Positions 13,383 to 24,699 of a stretch of 63,310 nt of DNA are shown here, piece after piece. The position numbers and the translations under genes are program-made. This DNA is from Tubiluchus corallicola (Eukaryota > Animalia > Priapulida): positions 1-63,310 of the forward strand of contig JAQGDQ010001095.1 in NCBI GenBank assembly GCA_030141605.1, given 5' to 3'. The notes beneath the pieces were generated by a model that saw nothing but the letters and a program-made list of their open reading frames with translations, was not told where the DNA came from and did no database searches. Numbering within the stretch: position 1 is the first letter of the stretch; every line of letters starts with the position of its first letter.

Positions 13383-14478
13383 GTTTCTCGCGTGACAATA
13401 ATTAAAACTGTCGTCATTTTTTCTTGTCCAGTTTTTGTATGTTTGAAATTTTGAATTTGTTTGATTATCAAGCTGAGAATTATCAACGCGTTTGAATTCA
13501 TATTTCTCTAACTTTCTTAGAGACTGTACAAAATGAAGCCGTTTCTTACACACAAGTGATAAGATCATGAAACTTATTTTGGCTTCAATTATTCCTGCGC
13601 GTCGGTATCTGCTTCAAATCAGTTTTCTTACACGTGAAGTCCACTAGAGAAAGTCACCCTTTTTTTTCTCAAAGATTGTTGCGAAGTTCGTCTAATGACG
13701 CACGGATAAAACGTTCTCTCATTATAATTGAAATTTATTACTGCTGTAAAATTCGCGTGCTCATCAAAAATAGGCCTGCAGCTTAGATAACAAGTCACCT
13801 TGAGTTATTCGAAATGTTCGCAGATTCCATCACGGTAAGCAATGTTTTACTGAAGTTGATTCGACTTCGTCGATACTCGGTCCCATTAGCCGCCACTGCG
13901 CATGCGCGCTGCGAACTTGTCCCCAATCCGCATCGATAGACCTGAAGGGTAAGTGGGGAAAGATAACTGCCTTAATCAGGGATGAGGATGGAACTGTGTT
14001 GAAATACTCAGTAGCTAACTTTGTCAACACGCTGTAGGTCATCATTGATTTTATCCTTCGCCATCATCAAGGGAAATAATTACCGTCACACTAATTGCTA
14101 CAGTCAAGAATATCAATTAATGCATTAAGCGCTGATAGTTATCGTTAACTATGAACCTAACCATCCCCACTTACCCCCCCCCCCCTGAAATAGGGCCTGT
14201 ATCTCGGCTAAAATTAGTTTGATTATTCATTTATTGAACCATTGAGCAAAGCAAATTACAAGGGACAAAGAAAAAAAACATGATACATCGGAACAAAGAA
14301 GCCACGTGTACGTGTGCAATGATTCAAGCACAAAAAAACGACTTGTTTAGTTCATTTCAGTTTAGTTTGACTTTATTTCAGTTATACCTAAGTCAGCTAA
14401 ACTTAGCAGTCCAATTTTAGTTGTTAAATTTTTAATTAAATTTAATTTTATTTAGCTATGTTAATCAAAGTTAACCAA

Positions 14479-14562
14479 AACGTAGCCACTGGTGGGGGGG
14501 GGGGCGCAAGCCAGCCCAACTCACTGCCGGTCCCAAGCCCGGATAAATAGGGAGGGTTAGGG
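14479..14562 (+). ncRNA. Twister ribozyme (degenerate or post-cleavage 5' end of the RTE element)
   Basis: GCCGGUCCCAAGCCCGGAUAAA-UAGG-GAGGG matches the twister core known from the rice twister; preceded by AA-CGUA-GC and a P3 hairpin with a GCAA tetraloop. Confidence 0.75.
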
Positions 14563-14975
14563 TCAGGAAGGGCATCCGCCTGTAAAAACTGCGCCAAAAC
14601 CTTCTATGAATGAGTCGGTGAGACTTAAAGGTAAAGTCCACAAAGAAGTGGTCAGACCCGCTCTAATCTATGGGCTGGTAGCAGCTTCTCTAAAGAAGAC
14701 CGAAGAGAAGAAAATGGGTGTGGTGGAGATGAGGATGTTGAGATGGATGGTGGGAATAACAAGAAGAGATAAAATTAGAAATAATAATATCAGAGGAACA
14801 GTAAAAGTAGTGGAAGCCTCGCAAGATTGCGATGGTATGGACACCTGAAAAGAAGAGTCGGTGAAGATCATGTGGGAAGGGAAGACATAAATGAAGAGAT
14901 GGTCAACAACAGGAATGCGTGGAGAAGACTCATTCACAACGGCGACCCCGAATAGGGAAAAGCTGGGAAGAAGAA
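14479..14975 (+). mobile_element. Internally deleted RTE-clade non-LTR element (5' end joined to ORF2 C-terminus and GAA tail)
   Basis: VRLKGKVHKEVVRPALIYG...EMRMLRWMVGITRRDKIRN is typical of the RTE C-terminus; ends ggcgacccc...gaagaagaag. Confidence 0.85.
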
Positions 14976-15089
14976 GTTATCGTTAAACAAGAGCAGCAGT
15001 AGTTTCCATCAATTTCGTTGCAACCGTTGCCGTTATTCAAAACAAGTTTTCTCTTAAAAAACATCTTAATCACTTTTTTCTTACAGGCA

Positions 15090-15625
15090 CTTATTTAGAT
15101 TTAGATTTAATATTTTATTTCAAACTTCACAAAGTTCATATGCACATCACAAATTAATACAAATAATACAATAAATCATGACACACAACAATAACACAAA
15201 TAACAATATAACAAACTCCGCCAATGACGTCTAATTACAGAAGTAAAGTTTCCATCACTGTTTAAAATGTTCTTGCATATAAAATTTTCACTCTTATTCA
15301 GCCTGACGTATAAACTGTATGCACATTTTCTGTGAATCACATCAAAATAAATAATATTAAGTCTAGTAGAAATATATCTAGCGCTCGTATCATATGAAAA
15401 GTTAAACAGCTTCCGTGTTGATACATTATATGCAACCTTGAGTTTGCTAAGATTGTAAGAATAAAAATGTCTCCAAGTGGACATACAATAAAAAGTAGTG
15501 CAGTAAGCATTAAACAGTTGTCTCTTCACGTTAACTGAACAGTGAGTAAATTTCATGAGTAATTTATTTGCTCTACCATAGTAAATTGAACATTGTCGTA
15601 ATATATCTAAATCATCTACATATGA
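15090..15625 (-). mobile_element. Non-LTR retrotransposon 3' fragment (ORF2 C-terminus)
   Basis: D..DILRQ...YGRANKL...F..CS..VK..LF..YC..FYC...W pattern, AATAAA and (AAATCT)n tail. Clade uncertain. Confidence 0.7.
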
Positions 15626-15629
15626 ACAT

Positions 15630-16275
15630 TTACAGTTAAAAAACAACACAGGTTTGTTAAAACATTCACATTAAAAAGTTAAAATCATGCCAAACGTTTC
15701 GATAGGCTGCTGCTGTCATCATCACCCTTGTATGTTTGTAAATTTAGCACTAATGATGACAGCAGCAGCCTTGTCAAGGATTTTTGTTTGTTAAATTTAA
15801 TATAGCGTTTTACAGTTACAAGTGGCGACATCTGGCTTCAATATTTGCATCCTAGTCAATTTCCGGTCATTCAAGTTTCAATGTGTTCAAGTGATGACGT
15901 GTTTCTGTGTAACTCACGATTTAATGCCAACGATGTATGTAAATTTTATTTAGTTATTTACTGTAAGTCTCTCATTAATTTCACGTAATCGTAATCGATC
16001 TTTTGATAAGAAATGAATTAGTTTATTAAATGAATTTATATATCTTGTTTCAGATAAAATATTTTATTTTGGGTAATGGCGTCTCAGTGTCAGATATGAA
16101 GTAAATGACTAAGGGTCACGTGACGTGAACATGGTATGCAAACAATAAACTGTTATGCTAAGCAAAAAATGACCTTGTTTGTCTTCATAAAACCCAAACA
16201 AGCCTGTCGAAATGCATGGCCTGATTTTAGCTTTTTAGTGTAAAAGTTTTATAAAGTTGTGTTGTTTTTTAAACA
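15630..16275. mobile_element. Penelope-type inverted-repeat element with degenerate minimal hammerhead motifs, interrupted by the solo LTR
   Basis: Left arm reads UGAUGA-UGACAGCAGCAGCCUAUC-GAAAC on the minus strand. The right arm is its inverted copy, split at AGCCT. Confidence 0.55.
15772..16200. mobile_element. Solo LTR (429 bp)
   Basis: TG...CA termini with 5-bp target-site duplication AGCCT (15767-15771 and 16201-16205); internal AATAAA. Confidence 0.8.
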
Positions 16276-17948
16276 TCTTAATGTTGTAAACGTGTTTGTT
16301 GTGTCATTTAGTTAAAATTTTAAATCGACGAAACAAGCCAAGTTTGGACGGTATAGACGTAAAAAATTGTACCGATTATCATGGCTATAAATAACTATGG
16401 AAGTTTTTGCTGAATCAAAGTAATTTATTTATGATATTGCAGCAATGATCAGGCTGAAATAACAACAACAAAATAATTACATATAATACTGCCATACCGC
16501 CTAGAGCATAAGTACAAATATAAATGTTTCGAATTATACTAATTCCAGAATTGTTCCTTTAATCACAAAAGTAAAACTGCAAATAATATACCGTTCTAAA
16601 TGTTAAACATCTGCTTGACACTGCATGGAGTTCTTATTGTTAAATGTGTTAAAAATTGCCCCTGGCAAACAGCAATACGGGTACTCTTCATATGCTGAAG
16701 TCTTCGAGATCCTCTAGGCTACCATAACGAAAATTCCTATAAAGAAATAAATAGGGGTGGTTGACTTGATGACCTGCTGGTCTTTCTCTAAACACTCCAC
16801 ATAATTTGCATTAATTTTCTTATGAACATTGTATTAAAGATAAATAAACTTCTTGAACTGAAAAAAAATGAAAAATTGACTGTACAATGTATACGTGTGT
16901 TCGGCATTAAATGATGTTAATAGTTATTTTATTTATTTTTATTATTATTATTATTATTATCACATTCAGTACAATATAATGACATTAAGCACACAGTGAC
17001 ATCAAAATTATTACGTCATACCGAATTAAATTGTTATGTTTCATACACTATCGTTATCATAAAAGAATAATTGTACTGCAGTGGGCTAGAGAAGCAAAGG
17101 CTTGTATAAACCCACTGTCATGTGAACCCGATAAAAAAAGAATGGATGAGTGAACAAAAAAAGAACTGGGAGAAAGGTTAGATCACACAGGAAGTGTAGA
17201 AGGATTTGTTAGTGGAAAAGGTAGGAAGAAAGATAATAGATTGCGCTATGTTGACATCAGCTCTAAAGATTTATCAATGATGCCTTGTTTTGCATAATCT
17301 GTACCAGAATTGTGGTACATAGTAAAATAATAGAAATATAAAATGATAATATGGAACTTTTGTACAGCAGTTACTGCTAATAAATCACTTGCACAACTTT
17401 TTCTCCAAGTTATAAGAAACAAATTGACAACAACGCGATATTATAGTTGGGGCCAGTCATTCAGTCTACACGAAAGAACTAATGCAAGCAATGTTTCAGT
17501 CAGTCTTGAATCATTTACGTAAACCTTAGCTCAGTTTCCCATTGACGAAGGAAGCGAGTCAAGGCTAGCTCTGTATTGCTTTACTTTCACCACTAGTCTT
17601 ACGCTGCATTTGGTCGCGCAACTGCGAGTGTGTGGTAAAGGAAAACCGGATGATTGTGTAAAAACGAGTTCAAAATAAAGAATATTCTAAAATATTGAAA
17701 ACTACAATAGCTTATTTTAAATGAAAACTTAGATTAAATAATAATTACCTCGGATACTCAAATCTCGTAAAACTTTCAAAGCTACGCGCGGCTCTGTGAA
17801 TCAACTAAGATTGGCAGCGGCGCCTTTTTCTCACATTCGCGTGACTGACAAATAGAAAGCTGTACCGTGATAAGCATGATCATGAACTGTAATGTTAGTT
17901 TCTGACGTCGTATGACGTAAAGCCTATTTTCATCACATTACGCGTTTA

Positions 17949-18537
17949 AGCAGTAACACTTACGCAAACGTGCTTGAGCAGTAACACTTACGCAAACGTG
18001 CTTGAGCAGTAACACTTACGCAAACGTGCTTGAGCAGTAACACTTACGCAAACGTGCTTGAGCAGTAACACTTACGCAAACGTGCTTGAGCAGTAACACT
18101 TACGCAAACGTGCTTGAGCAGTAACACTTACGCAAACGTGCTTGAGCAGTAACACTTACGCAAACGTGCTTGAGCAGTAACACTTACGCAAACGTGCTTG
18201 AGCAGTAACACTTACGCAAACGTTCTTGAGCAGTAACACTTACGCAAACGTGCTTGAGCAGTAACACTTACGCAAACGTTCTTGAGCAGTAACACTTACG
18301 CAAACGTTCTTGAGCAGTAACACTTACGCAAACGTGCTTGAGCAGTAACACTTACGCAAACGTGCTTGAGCAGTAACACTTACGCAAACGTGCTTGAGCA
18401 GTAACACTTACGCAAACGTGCTTGAGCAGTAACACTTACGCAAACGTTCTTGAGCAGTAACACTTACGCAAACGTGCTTGAGCAGTAACACTTACGCAAA
18501 CGTGCTTGAGCAGTAACACTTACGCAAACGTTCTTGA
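17949..18537. repeat. 28-bp minisatellite (~21 copies)
   Basis: Unit agcagtaacacttacgcaaacgtgcttg with a single g/t variant. Confidence 0.95.
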
Positions 18538-20255
18538 CGAGCAAGAGAAGATGCCTGTTATTGCACAATCTGTGGTTACTTTCTGACGTAAGCAATGACT
18601 AAATTGGCACGGGACACTTGGTTAGCGAAACCAAAAGTTTATTTTTGTTCATCACAGCAATTAACACACTTCACTCTGATTCATTCTTAACTAATTATTT
18701 AAGTGAAAAGGCTTAAGTGAAATGCGTTTGCAAGTAACATCAGCGAACTAAATAAAATCGCTTTCTCATCTTGTTCTTGCTCCATTTTCAAGTTATGACC
18801 AGTGTCTGGCGTTCGCGTACAACGTCTAGAAGCCAGAAAGAACGTATATATTGTCAACACAGCAGTGTGTGATGAAACCAAAAATTTCAGCAGCGTCTAG
18901 AAGCCAGACTTGAAAAGCTCTTCCTATTTTTGAGCGTCTTGCGTCCAGCGTCTGTTCCTCAACGAGCTAAAAAGGACCGGTCCTGCGCATTCTTACACGA
19001 ATAAATGGCGTAGAAAAGAGGAAACATTGAAAAATAAATTTGGCATTGTCCATTTTGTTTTTCTGCGAAGAGTAAAAAGAGATTGAACATCAGATGCTCT
19101 TTCGTTACCTGTTTGTTGTGAACAATAGAAGCTGGCAGTTTTGGAGTATCATAAGATTTAACCATTGCTATTGTTCTTCGAGATTTTGTTTATGCTTACC
19201 ATACAATGAAGGATTGCTTTCTGCCCCGCGATAATTATAACCTTCATATAAGCCTAGGGTTTCATATTCAGCAAAGAAGCCATTCTGAGTCAGGTCAGAG
19301 AATAGCGTTGGTTGAATGCAGATATATTCCATTGGCTTCGCACGTGACACGTACCCAGTGTTGTAATACACAACTTACAGAAATAAATAATTATTTGAGA
19401 TTTTAATTTTGCAGATTATCAAAATTTAATATTAAATTAAGTACCACGCAATCACTAAATTTGTGGGAGCAAATTACGTATAAAAAGTTAGATATGGACT
19501 TAGATTTGTAGACTGGACATTTGATTTACAATTTCAGTGCAATGACAATTAAACTACACAGACCTTGTCTTAACTGAAATCAATGCAAGGTTTAATTCTA
19601 TCCTAATAATTGGATTGTTCTACCAAGATTGATCACAAAGGTCTAATGTGGTGCATAGTGGTCATTGCATCGGTACCTGGATAATGTCTCAACTCGCTCT
19701 CATTTCTTCCTCTTTCATATTTTCTAGTTTGTTATTTTGCAGTGGTCAGGAATAGTTGGCGAACCATCTTGTTAAAACTCGAGTTCTTCGCTCGCTGAAG
19801 TTGCAAGTTAGATCAGTGCTCTATTAAAATAACTCAATTCATGCTGTGCTCACAATTTTTTCCATAAATCAAGCAAAATTAATTTCATAACATGATAATA
19901 TTACATTCTTTCTATTTTGGCTGAATAAATTTTGCCTCAGCTTAAGCGTGGTCCTGTGTAACAAGCTGAACCTAATAACTAATTACATGGAAGCCGTATG
20001 AATGTAATGTAACTGTCTTTATTATAATGTAATCATACTAATAAGGGCTCTTCAAGGTGCTCGGTAATTTTCCTACACTTGCCGGAAACGGAACCTACGT
20101 AATTTGTAGCACTATTATTCAACCGCAATTATCAGTGAAGATTAGCAATTTTGACTGACAGATATCAACAATGGCAATTTGCTTATAAAAATTATCATAA
20201 ATTGGTAAAGAGGAGAATGCTGCAGTTAGGACTAGAGAGAATTTTCTTTTTTCAA

Positions 20256-23200
20256 ATGTAGTTAAATGCAGAGAAGGCTGACTTGTCGTAGAACCGGAGC
20301 ATGTAGTTAAATGCAGAGAAGGCTGACTTGTCGTCCAACCGGAGCATGTAGTTAAACGCAGAGAAAGCTGACTTGTCGTCTAACCGGAGCATGTAGTTAA
20401 ACGCAGAGAAGACTGACTTGTCGTCTAACCGGAGCATGTAGTTAAACGCAGAGAAGACTGACTTGTCGTCTAACTGGAGCATGTAGTTAAACGCAGAGAA
20501 GACTGACTTGTCGTCGAACTGAAGCATGTAGTTAAATGCAGAGAAAGCTGACTTGTCGTCGAACTGGAGCATGTAGTTAAACGCAGAGAAGGCCGACTTG
20601 TCGTCGAACCGGAGCGTGTAGTTAAATGCAGGGAAAGCTGACTTGTCGTCTAACCAGAGCATGTAGTTAAACGCAGAGAAGGCTGACTTGTCGTCTAACC
20701 GGAGCATGTAGTTAAACGCAGAGAAGGCCGACTTGTTGTCTAACTGGAGCATGTAGTTAAACGCAGTGAAGACTGACTTGTCGTCCAACCGGAGCATGTA
20801 GTTAAACGCAGTGAAGACTGACTTGTCGTCTAACTGGAGCATGTAGTTAAACGCAGAGAAGACTGACTTGTCGTCGAACCGGAGCATGTAGTTAAACGCA
20901 GTGAAGACTGACTTGTCGTCGAACCGGAGCGTGTAGTTAAATGCAGAGAAGGCTGACTTGTCGTCGAACCGAAGCATGTAGTTCAATGCAGAAAAGGCTG
21001 ACTTGTCGTCTAACTGGAGCATGTAGTTAAATGCAGAGAAGGCTGATTTGTCGTCTAACCGGAGCATGTAGTTAAATGCAGAGAAGACTGACTTGTCGTC
21101 GAACCGGAGCATGTAGTTAAACGCAGTGAAGACTGACTTGTCGTCTAACTGGAGCATGTAGTTAAATGCAGAGAAGGCTGACTTGTCGTCTAACTGGAGC
21201 ATGTAGTTAAATGCAGAGAAGACTGACTTGTCGTCAAACCGGAGCATGTAGTTAAATGCAGAGAAGACTGACTTGTCGTTGAACTGGAGCATGTAGGTAA
21301 ATGCAGAGAAGGCTGACTTGTCGTCGAACATGAGCATGTAGGTAAATGCAGAGAAGACTGACTTGTCGTCTAACTGGAGCATGTAGTTAAATGCAGAGAA
21401 GACTGACTTGTCTTCAAACCGGAGCATGTAGTTAAATGCAGAGAAGACTGACTTGTCGTCGAACCGGAGCATATAGTTAAACGCAGAGAAGGCTGACTTG
21501 TCGTCGAACATGAGCATGTAGGTAAACGCAGAGAAGGCTGACTTGTCGTCGAACTGGAGCGTGTAGGTAAACGCAGAGAAGGCTGACTTGTCGTCGAACT
21601 GGAGCATGTAGTTAAATGCAGAGAAGGCTGACTTGTCGTCCAACCGGAGCATGTAGGTAAATGCAGAGAAGACTGACTTGTCATCAAACCAGAGCGTGTA
21701 GTTAAATGCAGAGAAGACTGACTTGTCGTCGAACTGGAGCATGTAGGTAAACGCAGAGAAGGCTGACTTGTCGTCTAACCTTAGCATGTAGTTAAACGCA
21801 GAGAAGGCTGACTTGTCGTCGAACCGGAGCATGTAGTTAAACGCAGAGAAGGCTGACTTGTCGTCGTACCGGAGCGTGTAGTTAAATGCAGAGAAGGCCG
21901 ACTTGTCGTCTAACCGGAGCATGTAGTTAAACGCAGAGAAGGCCGACTTGTCGTCGAACCGGAGCATGTAGTTAAATGCAGAGAAGACTGACTTGTCGTC
22001 GAACCGGAGCATGTAGTTAAATGCAGAGAAGGCTGACTTGTCGTCGAACCGGAGCGTGTAGTTAAATGCAGAGAAGGCTGACTTGTCGTCGAACCGGAGC
22101 ATGTAGTTAAATGCAGAGAAGGCCGACTTGTCGTCTAACCGGAGCATGTAGTTAAATGCAGAGAAGGCCGACTTGTCGTCGAACCGGAGCGTGTAGTTAA
22201 ACGCAGAGAAGACTGACTTGTCATCAAACCAGAGCGTGTAGTTAAATGCAGAGAAGACTGACTTGTCGTCGAACTGGAGCATGTAGGTAAACGCAGAGAA
22301 GGCTGACTTGTCGTCTAACCTTAGCATGTAGTTAAACGCAGAGAAGGCTGACTTGTCGTCGAACCGGAGCATGTAGTTAAACGCAGAGAAGGCTGACTTG
22401 TCGTCGTACCGGAGCGTGTAGTTAAATGCAGAGAAGGCCGACTTGTCGTCTAACTGGAGCATGTAGTTAAACGCAGAGAAGGCCGACTTGTCGTCGAACC
22501 GGAGCATGTAGTTAAATGCAGAGAAGACTGACTTGTCGTCGAACCGGAGCATGTAGTTAAATGCAGAGAAGGCTGACTTGTCGTCGAACCGGAGCGTGTA
22601 GTTAAATGCAGAGAAGGCTGACTAGTCGTCGAACCGGAGCGTGTAGTTAAATGCAGAGAAGGCTGACTTGTCGTCGAACCGGAGCGTGTAGTTAAATGCA
22701 GAGAAGGCTGACTTGTCGTCAAACCGGAGCATGTAGTTAAATGCAGAGAAGACTGACTTGTCGTCGAACCGGAGCATGTAGTTAAACGCAGAGAAGACTG
22801 ACTTGTCGTCCAACCGGAGCATGTAGTTAAACGCAGTGAAGGCTGACTTGTCGTCCAACCGGAGCATGTAGTTAAATGCAGAGAAGGCTGACTTGTCGTC
22901 TAACTGGAGCATGTAGTTAAATGCAGAGAAGACTGACTTGTCGTCAAACCGGAGCATGTAGTTAAACGCAGAGAAGACTGACTTGTCGTCAAACCAGAGT
23001 GTGTAGTTAAATGCAGAGAAGGCTGACTTGTCGTCTAACTGGAGCATGTAGTTAAATGCAGAGAAAGCTGACTTGTCGTCGAACCGGAGCGTGTAGTTAA
23101 ATGCAGAGAAGGCCGACTTGTCGTCGAACCGGAGCATATAGTTAAACACAGAGAAAGCTGACTTGTCGTCTTACTGGAGCATATAGTTAAACGCAGAGAA

Positions 23201-24387
23201 GGCTGACTTGTCGTCGAACCGGAGCATGTAGTTAAACACAGAGAAGGCTGACTTGTCGTCTAACTGGAGCATGTAGTTAAACGCAGAGAAGGCTGACTTG
23301 TCGTCTAACCGGAGCATGTAGTTAAACGCAGAGAAGACTGACTTGTCGTCGAACCGCAGCATATAGTTAAACGCAGAGAAGACTGACTTGTCGTCGAACC
23401 GGAGCGTGTAGTTAAATGCAGAGAAGGCCGACTTGTCGTCGAACCGGAGCATGTAGTTAAATGCAGAGAAAACTGACTTGTCGTCGAACCAGAGCGTGTA
23501 GTTAAATGCAGAGAAGGCCGACTTGTCGTCGAACATGAGCATGTAGTTAAACGCAAAAAAGGCTGACTTGTCGTCGAACCGGAGCATGTAGTTAAATGCA
23601 GAGAAGGCTGACTGGTCGTCGAACCGGAGCGTGTAGTTAAACGCAGAGAAGGCTGACTTGTCGTCTAACCGAAGGATGTAGTTAAACGCAGAGAAAGCAG
23701 ACTTGTCGTCGAACCGGAGCGTGTAGTTAAATGCAGAAAAGGCTGACTTGACGTCGAACCGGAGCATGTAGTTAAATGCAGAGAAGGCTGACTTGTCGTC
23801 TAACCGGAGCATGTAGTTAAACGCAGAGAAGGCTGACTTGTCGTCCAACTGGAGCATGTAGTTAAACGCAGAGAAGGCTGACTTGTCGTCTAACCGGAGC
23901 ATGTAGTTAAACGCAGAGAAGGCTGACTTGTCGTCTAACTGGAGCATGTAGTTAAACGCAGAGAAGGCTGACTTGTCGTCTAACTGGAGCATGTAGTTAA
24001 ACGCAGAGAAGGCTGACTTGTCGTCTAACCGGAGCATGTAGTTAAACGCAGAGAAGGCTGACTTGTCGTCCAACCGGAGCATGTAGTTAAACGCAGTGAA
24101 GGCTGACTTGTCGTCTAACTGGAGCATGTAGTTAAACGCAGAGAAGACTGACTTGTCGTCGAACTGAAGCATGTAGTTAAACGCAGAGAAGGCTGACTTG
24201 TCGTCTAACCGGAGCATGTAGTTAAACGCAGAGAAGGCTGACTTGTCGTCTAACCGGAGCATGTAGTTAAACGCAGTGAAACTGACTTGTCGTCCAACCG
24301 GAGCATGTAGTTAAACGCAGTGAAGGCTGACTTGTCGTCCAACCGGAGCAGGTAGTTAAACGCAGAGAAGACTGACTTGTCGTCGAA
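20256..24387. repeat. 45-bp tandem repeat (~92 copies)
   Basis: Unit atgtagttaaa(t/c)gcagagaag(g/a)ctgacttgtcgtc(g/t)aac(c/t)ggagc. Confidence 0.97.
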
Positions 24388-24699
24388 ACTACAGTTTTTG
24401 TTAAGCATTCTTGAGTATAATACTGAGAAATGTTTTCCGCTTATTTTTGTTATAAAGAATTAAAGTATCAGAAACTTTTACCTATCTAAAGCATTACTGT
24501 TTTTTATATTTATTCCATAAGTGCACACAGATTAAATTACGATGAATTTCGCTTTTAAATAAACAATGTTTATGTAGTACGTTAATGTTGGTTACATTAA
24601 ACATAAAGGTTTTTTAAATACAAGCAGACTGAAATTGTAATGTGTACTTGTCAAATCCTCGCCTTGCAAATCTTTTATTATTTGTGGTGTTGTGATCAT

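Noticed and set aside
13383-13568. N-terminal extension of the mGluR ORF
   Set aside because: The signal-peptide-like segment starts at the ATG at 13382, so the upstream part is probably 5' UTR.
17949-18537. 28-bp repeat as a CRISPR array
   Set aside because: Units are head-to-tail with no unique spacers, the context is eukaryotic, and there are no cas genes.
18959-19371. Two adjacent minus-strand ORFs
   Set aside because: No recognisable motif or consistent splice structure; BLASTX would be needed.
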